From assembly GCA_052387775.1 (NCBI GenBank), contig JBQTIV010000071.1, positions 1 to 53,734 of the forward strand: a stretch of 53,734 nucleotides of DNA, read 5' to 3'. Below the pieces are notes generated by a model. It worked only from the letters and a program-made list of their open reading frames with translations. It was not told the origin of the DNA and did not search any database. This DNA comes from Betaproteobacteria bacterium. GTDB taxonomy: Bacteria > Pseudomonadota > Gammaproteobacteria > Burkholderiales > JACQAP01. The translations under genes were made by a program, and so were the position numbers. Shown here one piece after another: positions 17,538 through 26,256 of this stretch. Numbering within the stretch: position 1 is the stretch's first letter; each line of letters begins with the position of its first letter.

Positions 17538-19646
17538 ATGTCCGAGGCCGAGCTTCTCTTCAAGGATGCAGCCGGCTATCTCAAGCCGGAGGATATCGCT
17601 CAGCTTCAAAGCGCGCACCAGTTCAGCAAGTCCGCGCACGAAGGCCAGTTTCGCAAGTCCGGCGATCCGTTTATTTCCCATCCGATTGCCGTTGCCCACA
17701 TCCTGGCGCAGTGGCATCTCGACGGCCAGGCCCTCACCGCGGCGCTGCTTCACGACTTGATGGAGGACACCGCCGTCACCAAGACCGAAATCAGCGACAA
17801 ATTTGGAAAGCACGTCGCTGAGCTGGTGGACGGCGTCTCCAAGCTCGACCGCATCGAGTTCCAGACCCAGGAAGAGGCGCAAGCAGAGAACTTCCGCAAG
17901 ATGCTGCTCGCCATGGCGCGCGACGTGCGCGTCATCCTGATCAAGCTGGCCGACCGCCTGCACAACATGCGCACGCTGCAGGTGATGCAGCCGAAAAAAC
18001 GCGCGCGCATCGCCCGCGAAACGCTGGAGATTTACGCGCCGATCGCCAACCGCCTCGGACTTAACCAGCTCTACCAGGAGTTGCAGGAGCTGGCGTTCCG
18101 CCACCTCTTCCCGAACCGCTTCAGCGTTTTGTCCAAGGCGCTGCTGCGCGCGCGGGGAAATCGCCGCGAGGTGGTGGACAAGATTCTAAACGCGATCAAG
18201 CAGAAGCTCGCCGACAGCCACATCGAGGCCACTGTCAGCGGACGCGAGAAGAATCTCTACAGCATCTACAAGAAGATGCTGGAGAAAAACCTGTCGTTTG
18301 CGGAAGTGTTCGACATCTACGGGTTCCGCGTCATCGTCAAGGACGCGGCCGCCTGCTATCTCACGCTGGGCGCGCTGCACCAGCTTTACAAGCCAATTCC
18401 AGGAAAGTTCAAGGACTACATCGCCATCGCCAAGGGCAATGGTTACCAGTCGCTGCACACAACGCTGCTTGGCCCTTTCGGCACGCCGATCGAGGTGCAG
18501 ATCCGCACGCTGGAAATGCACAAGATCGCCGAGGCGGGCGTGGCATCCCACTGGTTGTACAAGGACGACGCGCAGATCAACGAACTGCACATGAAGACCC
18601 ACCAGTGGCTGCAGAGCCTGCTGGAAATGCAGTCGGAAAGCGGAGACTCGATCGAGTTTCTCGAGCATCTCAAAGTGGACCTGTTCCCGGACGCGGTCTA
18701 CGTGTTTACCCCCAAGGGCAAGATCATGGCGCTGCCGCACGGCGCCACCTGCGTGGATTTTGCCTACGTGGTGCACACCGACATCGGCAACCGCTGTGTG
18801 GCCGCCAAGATCAACCACGAACTCGTGCCGCTGCGCTCGGAACTGAAAAGCGGCGATCGCGTGGAGATCATCACGGCTGCGCACGCCAACCCGAACCCGG
18901 CCTGGCTCAATTACGTGGTGACCGGCAAGGCGCGCTCGCACATCCGCCACTTCCTCAAGACCATGCAGTACGAGGAGTCCGCGCAGCTCGGCGAGCGCCT
19001 GCTCAACCAGGCGCTGGCAGCGCTCAAATCCAGCCCGGACCAGATCAGCGACGACCAGTGGGAGAGGCTGCTCAAGGAAAACACCGCCAAGACCCGGCAG
19101 GAGGTCCTGGCAGACATCGGGCTTGGCAAGCAACTGGCGATCGTCATCGCACGCCAGCTGCTGTCGATCGCAGAACCCAAGGGCGGCAAGACAGTGAAGC
19201 TGCCGGGCAGCCTGGTCATTCGCGGCTCGGAGGGCATGGCGCTACAGTTTGCCAAGTGCTGCCACCCGATACCCGGTGATCCGATCATCGGTTTCCTGCG
19301 CAAGGGCTACGGCCTGGTGATCCATACCCACGACTGCCCGGTGGCGCGCAAGACCCGCAACGATCCGGAAAAGTGGTTGGACGTGGAGTGGGCACCGGAC
19401 ACCAGGAAACTCTTCACGGTGAATATCAAGATGGTGGCTACCAACGAACGCGGCGTGTTGGCCAAGATCGCCGCGGCGATCGCCGAGACCGGCTCGAATA
19501 TCGATAACGTCAGCATCGAGCCGGGCGACTCCAGCGCGTACTCCACCATCCACTTCACCTTGCAGGTGTCCAACCGGCAGCACCTGGCGCAGATCATGCG
19601 CGGCCTGCGGCGCGTTACCGAGGTCATCCGCATCTCGCGGCTATAG
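17538..19646 (+). CDS. spoT: Bifunctional (p)ppGpp synthetase/hydrolase SpoT
   Basis: HD motif (ALLHD), YQSLHT, TGS, CC and ACT domains; gmk-rpoZ-spoT synteny. Confidence 0.96.
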   Translation: MSEAELLFKDAAGYLKPEDIAQLQSAHQFSKSAHEGQFRKSGDPFISHPIAVAHILAQWHLDGQALTAALLHDLMEDTAVTKTEISDKFGKHVAELVDGVSKLDRIEFQTQEEAQAENFRKMLLAMARDVRVILIKLADRLHNMRTLQVMQPKKRARIARETLEIYAPIANRLGLNQLYQELQELAFRHLFPNRFSVLSKALLRARGNRREVVDKILNAIKQKLADSHIEATVSGREKNLYSIYKKMLEKNLSFAEVFDIYGFRVIVKDAAACYLTLGALHQLYKPIPGKFKDYIAIAKGNGYQSLHTTLLGPFGTPIEVQIRTLEMHKIAEAGVASHWLYKDDAQINELHMKTHQWLQSLLEMQSESGDSIEFLEHLKVDLFPDAVYVFTPKGKIMALPHGATCVDFAYVVHTDIGNRCVAAKINHELVPLRSELKSGDRVEIITAAHANPNPAWLNYVVTGKARSHIRHFLKTMQYEESAQLGERLLNQALAALKSSPDQISDDQWERLLKENTAKTRQEVLADIGLGKQLAIVIARQLLSIAEPKGGKTVKLPGSLVIRGSEGMALQFAKCCHPIPGDPIIGFLRKGYGLVIHTHDCPVARKTRNDPEKWLDVEWAPDTRKLFTVNIKMVATNERGVLAKIAAAIAETGSNIDNVSIEPGDSSAYSTIHFTLQVSNRQHLAQIMRGLRRVTEVIRISRL

Positions 19647-19724
19647 GGCCGAGCGCGGAATGGCAGCCCGGGTGCGCGCGGGACTATAATTAAGGCAAAC
19701 ATGTTCGGCTCGTGGAGGTTGCCA

Positions 19725-20018
19725 ATGATGCGTTCAGGTGTCGCGGTATTTTTTGCGCTCGCCGCGCTGGCCTCGGCTGTGGCTGCCGCGGGTGAAAGGA
19801 CCACGCCGCAGTTCTCGCGTTTCGACGGTCTGGAACTGCCCGGACTCACCGCCGGATGTCACATCTGCGAATGGCGGCCCAAACTCAACCAGAAGCCGGC
19901 GGCCGAACAATGTGGCACCGACGAAGCCGGCGTGGCCAAGGTAGGCCTGTTCGAATGCGGCTACGCGGAGGATTGCGAACGGCTGTGCAACTTCATTCGC
20001 TGCGGAACGACGAATTGA
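19725..20018 (+). CDS. Small exported Cys-rich hypothetical protein
   Basis: TATAAT at 19685-19690, GGAGG RBS at 19714-19718, signal-peptide-like N-terminus, and seven Cys including CHIC. Confidence 0.7.
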   Translation: MMRSGVAVFFALAALASAVAAAGERTTPQFSRFDGLELPGLTAGCHICEWRPKLNQKPAAEQCGTDEAGVAKVGLFECGYAEDCERLCNFIRCGTTN

Positions 20019-20217
20019 CCCGCGTGCTCCTGCAATTCGGCCGACGCGCGCATTGACGCGCTGCAGCTGCGCGGGCGGCGCGTAGGCGCGGCGCTCGGAC
20101 GCAAACGCCATCGCCAGTCGCCTGCCGGCGACGGTTTGACCCCGAAAATCCCCGGTTTTCCCCTATAAGAGCCACTGCGGCCAGCCAACGTCTTGATTGG
20201 CCGCAGCAAATAATCAG

Positions 20218-20232
20218 TGGCACGGGCATTGC
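20218..20232 (+). promoter_or_regulatory. Sigma-54 (-24/-12) promoter
   Basis: TGGCACG-GGCA-TTGC matches the TGGCACG-N4-TTGC consensus, 40 nt upstream of the ATG. Confidence 0.75.
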
Positions 20233-20271
20233 GATACCTTGCCCGGAAGAATTCCAATCACGAGGTGCAGC

Positions 20272-20640
20272 ATGTTGCTCGATCCCTTATCCGATTTGAC
20301 GTCACGCCCGCTCCGCAGCGTCGTGCAGTTGCTGCAGGAAGGCGTGCAAACCCTGTTTCATTTGCTGTTATTTTCGCTGCTGGTGCTCGGCTTCGGCGGT
20401 CTGCTGTACACGGCGGTGCGCTCCGGAGGCTGGCTTGAAAGCGTGCTGGGGAGCATCTGGGACCAGCACCCCACCGTGGCGATCGTGACCCTGCTGGCAG
20501 TGCTTGCGGGTTCAATCTGGGGTACGCGCCTGTTCGATCGTCTGCCGCTGTTTGGAAGGCGCGGCGACATGCTGGTTTACTGCTGCCTGGCTTTGGGCGT
20601 GTTCTTCGCGTTCAAGCTGGTGGTGACGGGTTCCCTGTAA
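20272..20640 (+). CDS. Hypothetical membrane protein (~3 TM)
   Basis: GAGG RBS, three hydrophobic segments, and a hairpin after the stop (20644-20696). Confidence 0.7.
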   Translation: MLLDPLSDLTSRPLRSVVQLLQEGVQTLFHLLLFSLLVLGFGGLLYTAVRSGGWLESVLGSIWDQHPTVAIVTLLAVLAGSIWGTRLFDRLPLFGRRGDMLVYCCLALGVFFAFKLVVTGSL

Positions 20641-20843
20641 GGCCTCCCTTGCCGCCGCCCACAGATCCACCCCTGTGTTCGGGTTTGGCAAGGGAGTACT
20701 CCCGCCAGTGTCGTTCACCGACAACATCGATCTTCCAGCGGCCTCAGGTAGTTAGTCAGACACTGCCGAAGCTTGTCGCCCGCGGGCGACTTTGCCGGTC
20801 CGGCAGACCCCCTAATCGACTGTTTTTCCTCCGCTCTCGCAGA

Positions 20844-20858
20844 TGGCATGCGAGTTGC
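20844..20858 (+). promoter_or_regulatory. Sigma-54 (-24/-12) promoter
   Basis: TGGCAT-GCGAG-TTGC. Confidence 0.6.
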
Positions 20859-20996
20859 GGCAGTCCTGTTCGAGTTCATTCGCAACGAGCAATGCGTGAT
20901 TACTGGCCACGCCCGGCTTCGCCACCCGGGACGTGTCCGCGGCGGTTCAGGGCAGCATCAGCGCCGCCGCAAGCGAGTTTTCAAGGGGGGGCGCCA

Positions 20997-21248
20997 ATGC
21001 GTATGCGAACGTTGTTGTTGCTGACCGGCATCGCCGTCGTCGCTGCTGCACCCGGATTCGCCAAGGATGCACAGACACCTGCCGGCAACTCCACTACTGC
21101 ACAGCCTGGTTCCGGAGTGCAGCAAATCACCGCTCCTGCCGTCCCCGGCGCTGCCAAGGCCAAAGAGGAAGTCGCTGGCCAGCCCGCCGAGACGAAGAAG
21201 CAAAGAATCCGTTACACGTTTCCTCCCGCAGCGGCGAAGCGCATGTAA
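20997..21248 (+). CDS. Small exported low-complexity hypothetical protein
   Basis: AAGGGGG RBS; signal peptide MRMRTLLLLTGIAVVAAAPGFA; followed by a terminator. Confidence 0.65.
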   Translation: MRMRTLLLLTGIAVVAAAPGFAKDAQTPAGNSTTAQPGSGVQQITAPAVPGAAKAKEEVAGQPAETKKQRIRYTFPPAAAKRM

Positions 21249-21266
21249 GCGCGCCCGCTGCAACTG

Positions 21267-21300
21267 AAAAGGCCGCAGAATATCGCGGCCTTCTTTTTTT
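21267..21300 (+). terminator. Intrinsic terminator, possibly bidirectional
   Basis: AAAAGGCCGC-AGAATATC-GCGGCCTT-CTTTTTTT. Confidence 0.8.
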
Positions 21301-21356
21301 CCTGCTACCGAGCAACCCGGAACAGCAGTTCCCCGAAAAATGTGGCGGCGCCCGCC

Positions 21357-22202
21357 TCACTCAGGCCTGCGCCTGACAGGGTTGAAGAGCGTTCCCAGCC
21401 CATCGATGCGGCACTCCGCCACGTCGCCGTCCCCGATCACCACCGCCCCCGGCGTGCCGGTGCTGATGATGTCGCCGGGGTACAGGGTGGCGACATGCGA
21501 ATGGAAAGACACCAGGTAAAACGGCGGGAACGCCATGTTGGCCACCACGTTTTCGCGATGAAGCCTGCCGTTGTTGTACGTTCCGACCTTCACCTTCAGC
21601 ACATCCGCCACTTCGTCGGCGGTGATCAACTCGGGGCCGAAAGAAAAGAAGGTGTCGAAATTCTTCGAGCGGGTGAGGAAGCGCGGGTTCTTCTGCAGGA
21701 TATCTTCGGCGGTCATGTCGAGGATCAGGCAATAGCCGGCGATGTATTCCGGCGCCTGTGTCTCGGACACCATGCGGCATTGCCTGCCGATGATCACCCC
21801 GATCTCGGCTTCCGCTGTGACCCGCTCCGACTGCGGCGGCAGTTCGATCGTGTCCCCGGGTCCAATGATGGTGTTGTCGCACTTCATGAACGATGCCGGC
21901 TCGGTCGGGAAGGGAGCATTCAGATCGGCAGCATGATCGCGGTAATTCAAACCAATGCCGAGGATCTTGCGCGGGTGCCGGTACAGCGGCCCGTATCGCA
22001 CCGACCCGGGATCGAGTTTCAGCGGCGTGCGCTCCGCGTCGGCGAGCAGGTTCGCGCTGATACCGTGGACAATCAAGCCGTACAGTTCCGCCGGCCAGGC
22101 TTTTCCCAGGTGGGCGTTGATTGCCGCAACGGGAACGATGCCGGCGCGCGTCACCACCGCGGCTTCCTCGCATCCGTCTTTCTTTATGGTGCACAGGCGC
22201 AT
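21357..22202 (-). CDS. Fumarylacetoacetate hydrolase family protein
   Basis: GIGLNYRDHA, EAEIGVIIG, DMTAED, RSKNFDTF, GDIISTGTP. Confidence 0.92.
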   Translation of the reverse strand: MRLCTIKKDGCEEAAVVTRAGIVPVAAINAHLGKAWPAELYGLIVHGISANLLADAERTPLKLDPGSVRYGPLYRHPRKILGIGLNYRDHAADLNAPFPTEPASFMKCDNTIIGPGDTIELPPQSERVTAEAEIGVIIGRQCRMVSETQAPEYIAGYCLILDMTAEDILQKNPRFLTRSKNFDTFFSFGPELITADEVADVLKVKVGTYNNGRLHRENVVANMAFPPFYLVSFHSHVATLYPGDIISTGTPGAVVIGDGDVAECRIDGLGTLFNPVRRRPE

Positions 22203-22333
22203 GCTGCTGTCCCCCGAACCAGGGATCCGATCCAGTTCCGCGACGCGTGTTGCGCCAGGTGCGGATGAGTGCCAGGGGACGCTGTGCAGAGTGGCGCATG
22301 CGCCTGTCTTGCAGAGCGTCCCCTGGAGTGTGC

Positions 22334-22409
22334 TGGTGGGCCGTGAAGGATTCGAACCTTCGACCGTTGGATTAAGAGTCCACTGCTCTACCAGCTGAGC
22401 TAACAGCCC
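22334..22409 (-). tRNA. tRNA-Lys(CTT)
   Basis: GGGCTGTTAGCTCAGCTGGTAGAGCA...CT-CTT-AA...GGTTCGAATCC...CCCACCA; 76 nt with encoded CCA. Confidence 0.96.
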
Positions 22410-22535
22410 TTTTTGAAGGGGCGAATTCTAACAAGAATCCGGGTAACAAGTCGCGGGATCACGGTTTTCGCCGGATGGAGCGAGGCAGATCAGGACGGGC
22501 CATGTCAGTCGCGCGTACGCTCGCCGCAAAAAAAG

Positions 22536-22605
22536 GTGCGCGACGCGACAGGCGCGCAGGCGCGAGCGCGTCGTGGATCAGGACGTGAGTATCAAGAACG
22601 ACCAC
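22536..22605 (-). pseudogene. Truncated PIN/VapC toxin N-terminus
   Basis: GTG overlapping the antitoxin end gives MVVLDTHVLIHDALAPARLSRRA; similarity is then lost. Confidence 0.7.
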
Positions 22606-22831
22606 TCTCGGCGCGCCAGCGCTCGCCGGTGGGCGCGATCACATCGCCCACGCGGGCCGTCTTGCGCAGCGCTTTGAGGCGGTCGCGCGCGACTTCCCCA
22701 GCGCTTTCGGCCGGCAGCAGACGTGCCACCGGCTTGCCGCGCGACGTAATGCGCAGTTCGCGCCCCTTCTCCACCTGCTTGAGGTAAGACGGGAGATTCT
22801 GGCGCAGCTTGGTCAGTTTGACGTCATCCAT
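22592..22831 (-). CDS. Phd/YefM family antitoxin
   Basis: MDDVKLTKLRQNLPSYLKQVEKGRELRITSRGKPVARLLP. Confidence 0.85.
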   Translation of the reverse strand: MDDVKLTKLRQNLPSYLKQVEKGRELRITSRGKPVARLLPAESAGEVARDRLKALRKTARVGDVIAPTGERWRAESGRS

Positions 22832-23008
22832 TGAATCCTTAGATTGCAGTCGCTGTTGAAACGCGCACTTGTAGCGCTTGCCCATTACCTTACCAACGTC
22901 ACACGCGGCACAACGACTTACGTTGACGCCTGAAGGCGCACTCTCGACAATAAGTGCGTTGTACGCTGGCTCCGCGCGCATCCGGGCGCTTCGCTGCGCG
23001 CAAAACCC

Positions 23009-23324
23009 TCAGCTAACAAGTTCCAGATACTCACCCGGCTTCAATGACGCAAGCGCGGCAACAATGCTCTGAATCTGGCCGCGAAGCTTAGGCCAGCTCG
23101 TGGTCGGTAAAACCAGCACCGACAACTTGCGGTACCAACAAGGATTGTTGGTACTGAAGGTTCCGGCCGGTTGTTACAAGAATGTCGAATCGACCTTCAG
23201 CGGCAGCCAAGAGCTCGCCGTTGGTCAGGCGAGACCAACCAAGCTCGTACGCAGTTTCAATCTGATGTCCGGAGAGGTGCTGCCTCAGGGGGACCGGCGT
23301 ACCCTGATCAAACAGGATTCGCAT
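23009..23324 (-). pseudogene. DUF5615/PIN-like toxin, frameshifted
   Basis: MRILFDQGTPVPLR..GW..LTNGELL..FDILVTTGRNLQYQQ. The family-like tail RKLSVLVLPTTSWPKL...PGEYLELVS* is in another frame after ~23135. Confidence 0.75.
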
Positions 23325-23336
23325 CCCGATCGGACA

Positions 23337-23555
23337 TCAGGCGGTCTGAACGCTGCGCGCCGCGTGCTCGAGGACGGCGTCGATCTGCTCACGGGTGACG
23401 CCAGGAAACCACTGCACGAACTGGTCCACGGTGGCGCCTCCTTCGATATTCTCGAACAGGGCGCTCACCGGTACCCGGGTTCCGCGAAAGACCCACGCCC
23501 CGCTGACTTTCTGCGGGTCGCGCTCGACAGCCCGGCAGCTTGTCCAATCCAGCAT
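23337..23555 (-). CDS. DUF433 family antitoxin
   Basis: ERDPQKVSGAWVFRGTRVPVSALFENIEGGATVDQFVQWFPGVTREQI. Confidence 0.9.
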   Translation of the reverse strand: MLDWTSCRAVERDPQKVSGAWVFRGTRVPVSALFENIEGGATVDQFVQWFPGVTREQIDAVLEHAARSVQTA

Positions 23556-23647
23556 TGAGGTACTCTACGGTGAATGCAGTCAGCGGGAAAATGACAAAAG
23601 AGCTGCCGCCCGTTGAGCCGCGCTTTGCGTCCGCCTCCAAGGGACGA

Positions 23648-23680
23648 CCCTATTCCGGCGCAGCACCTCCGGAATACGGG
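23648..23680 (-). terminator. Hairpin downstream of tRNA-Lys(TTT)
   Basis: CCCTATTCCGG...CCGGAATACGGG; no clear U-tract. Confidence 0.45.
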
Positions 23681-23681
23681 T

Positions 23682-23757
23682 TGGTAGGCGGTGCGAGATT
23701 CGAACTCGCGACCAACGGATTAAAAGTCCGCTGCTCTACCGACTGAGCTAACCGCCC
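23682..23757 (-). tRNA. tRNA-Lys(TTT)
   Basis: GGGCGGTTAGCTCAGTCGGTAGAGCA...CT-TTT-AA...AGTTCGAATCT...CCTACCA; 76 nt. Confidence 0.96.
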
Positions 23758-23847
23758 AAAAAAAGAGCGCGCATTGTACCGGCAGCGCTGTTGGTGCGTC
23801 AAACAGGAATGTCCGGAAAACCGCGTGGATTCTTGATCTGCGCATGA

Positions 23848-24960
23848 TCATGTTTCCCGGAGCAGGCGCCAATACTGAACCTTCATGGTCGCGGCTGCGC
23901 CGGCGACGATCGCGAAGAACGCGAGAAAAGAGCCGACTGCGAGAGTGGAAAGCCCGGTCAGGCCCTGACCTATGGTGCAGCCCATGGCGGTGACGCCGCC
24001 GAAGCCCATCAGCACACCGCCGATGATGTGATTGCGGGTATCGGCTGCGGAGGCGAAACTCTCCCAACGAAAGTTCCCGGTGAGGATTGCGTAGCCAAAC
24101 GAACCCAGCAGCGTGCCGGCGACGACGGCGACGCCGAAGCTCAGTTTCGAGGATTTGTCGGACCAGAACTGCAGCCACTCGAGCGCGTGGGCAAGCGGAC
24201 CGACGTAGGTCAGCGACTCCGGGCGGGCGGTCCTCGAGCCGAGGTAGGCCTCCTGCAGCGTATCCGGATCTTCGGCGATGAAACCGATGTGCCCGGTGAC
24301 GTACCACCCAGCGACAACAACCAGCCCGAGCACCAAGCCGCCGACAACCTGTTCGCGGGTGGCGCGAAACGTCCGATCCTTGAACACGAAGAAAAGCAGC
24401 GGCATCACAATCACTGCGGTTATCCATAACTGCAAACCGTGCCGGCCCACGCCGAGCTGGGTGGCGATGACCCAGGGCAGATCCTGGCCCTGATCGAACT
24501 GCACGGCTGCTGCACTCAACACCTCCACGCGTGCCGGCGCGAACAGGCCGCGTATGGTCATGTCTGCAGAAATAGCGAGGAACACCAGAACCACCAGCGA
24601 CTTGAGGTTGCCTCCTCCAACCCGCACCAGGCTGCGGCTCCCGCAGCCGGAAGCCAGCGTCATGCCGATCCCGAACACCAGCCCGCCGACGATGTAGGCG
24701 ATCCACGGGCAGCGCGGTGCCGGATAGGCGGAGCGCGACAGATCCACCTGCCCCGCCCAGTCGAGCGCGTTGGCCCCGACAATCGCAACTGCAATGGCCA
24801 GCAGCCACATGCGCATGCGGCCCCAGTCGCCAACGTTGACCACGTCGGCCACCGCGCCCATGGTGCAGAAATTGGCTTTGTGGGCCATCGCACCGAAGGC
24901 CAATCCGAGGACAAATCCCGACGCGACGACCAGACTTGCAAGGTGAGCGAAGTTTTCCAT
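23848..24960 (-). CDS. YeeE/YedE family sulfur-compound transporter
   Basis: Multi-TM protein with FCTMG, GMTLASGCGS and MGCTIGQG Cys motifs. Confidence 0.9.
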   Translation of the reverse strand: MENFAHLASLVVASGFVLGLAFGAMAHKANFCTMGAVADVVNVGDWGRMRMWLLAIAVAIVGANALDWAGQVDLSRSAYPAPRCPWIAYIVGGLVFGIGMTLASGCGSRSLVRVGGGNLKSLVVLVFLAISADMTIRGLFAPARVEVLSAAAVQFDQGQDLPWVIATQLGVGRHGLQLWITAVIVMPLLFFVFKDRTFRATREQVVGGLVLGLVVVAGWYVTGHIGFIAEDPDTLQEAYLGSRTARPESLTYVGPLAHALEWLQFWSDKSSKLSFGVAVVAGTLLGSFGYAILTGNFRWESFASAADTRNHIIGGVLMGFGGVTAMGCTIGQGLTGLSTLAVGSFLAFFAIVAGAAATMKVQYWRLLRET

Positions 24961-25007
24961 CGGCAAAACGAGCGCATCCAGGTGCCGGGAAAAATTCCCG
25001 CAGACGC

Positions 25008-26237
25008 CTATTTGATCCTGGCGAGCCGCCCCCTGGCTTTTTCCGCGGACTCGGAATTCGGATACCTGGCGATCAGTTCTTCGAAGGTTTTCCGGGCGGC
25101 GCCATTATCGCCGAGGCTGGTTTCGGCGGTGCCAATGATCAGCAACGCGTCCGGTGCCTTGGGGCTCTCGGAGTAGGTGCCGAGAAGCCGGCGCTGTGCT
25201 TCGATCGCGGCCCGGTATTCATGCAGTTGAAAGTAGGATTCGCCGATCCAGTACTGCGCGTTGGCGGCCAATGGGTGCTTCGGGTAAGTCTTCAGAAACC
25301 CCTCAAAGCCGCGGATCGCACCTTGATAGTCGGTGCTGCGATAGTTGCTGTAGGCATTGTCATAGGCGCGCTGGATTGTGGCCTGATCGGAAAGGCTGGC
25401 CGGCGGCGGCGAGGGTTGCGCCGCGGCCACGTTGGTGGCCACCGGTGCAGGCGCCGTGGTCGCCCCGCCGGGCGGCGCCGCGGCAGCCGCAGCGGTTGCG
25501 GACGCAACCGGAGTCGGAATCGCGGTCAGTCCGGCTGCGGCCTGTTCGAGTTTGCGGATGCGCTCCTCGAGAGCGGGCAGCGCCTCCTGCTCCTTCCTGG
25601 CGGCCGCGCTTTGACTCTCCATGCGGCGCAGCCGCGTGTCGAGATCAACGTACATGTCGCGCTGGCGCTTCTGCGCGTTGTTGATGTCGTTGGTCAGCAC
25701 TTCGATCTGCCCGCGCAAGCGGTTCAGATCGGTATTGAGCCCTTCCACCCTGTTGAGCAGTTGCACGACGCCGCGATTGGCGCCTTCGGGCTCAGCCTGG
25801 GCGAGCTTCTCCCCGGCGATTTTCTGTTCGTCGCCGAGAGATTGCACCTGTGCCAGGATCGACGAAAGACGATCCTCCAGCGCCCGATGGGTTTCGTGAA
25901 CCTCCTGATACTCGCTGCTGAGCCTGGCGTGTTCTTCGCGCAAAGACACAAAAAGCGTGTTGAGATCTTTCTGCACGTCGTACAGGCCGTCATAGCGGAT
26001 CTGCAGTTGGTCGCTTTGGGCCTGCATCTCGGCGCGCCAGGTATCGAGCGAACGCACCTGGTTCTGCAACTGCGCAAGCTGCGTCTGCTGGCGCGATATC
26101 TGCACTCGCGCTTCGCCATCAACAGCAGCGTTGCACTCAAAAGACAGCAGCACCAACACAACAAGGGGCAGCCAATGCTGCCCCGGGCTGGCCAGCGTTG
26201 ATCGAGAAGATCCGATTATTGAAAAGTGTCTTGTCAT
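25008..26237 (-). CDS. cpoB: Tol-Pal protein CpoB/YbgF with an extended coiled coil
   Basis: LRGQIE...YVDLDTRL trimerisation segment and a TPR C-terminus (NAQYWIGESY, KAPDALL); follows pal. Start uncertain. Confidence 0.88.
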   Translation of the reverse strand: MTRHFSIIGSSRSTLASPGQHWLPLVVLVLLSFECNAAVDGEARVQISRQQTQLAQLQNQVRSLDTWRAEMQAQSDQLQIRYDGLYDVQKDLNTLFVSLREEHARLSSEYQEVHETHRALEDRLSSILAQVQSLGDEQKIAGEKLAQAEPEGANRGVVQLLNRVEGLNTDLNRLRGQIEVLTNDINNAQKRQRDMYVDLDTRLRRMESQSAAARKEQEALPALEERIRKLEQAAAGLTAIPTPVASATAAAAAAPPGGATTAPAPVATNVAAAQPSPPPASLSDQATIQRAYDNAYSNYRSTDYQGAIRGFEGFLKTYPKHPLAANAQYWIGESYFQLHEYRAAIEAQRRLLGTYSESPKAPDALLIIGTAETSLGDNGAARKTFEELIARYPNSESAEKARGRLARIK

Positions 26238-26256
26238 TGCCGGCCCTCCCAGGACA

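Noticed and set aside
19725-20018. c-type cytochrome
   Set aside because: The motif is CHICE, not CxxCH.
22334-23757. Integrative element with att sites at tRNA-Lys
   Set aside because: Both tRNAs are complete and distinct isoacceptors; no duplicated 3' fragment and no integrase.
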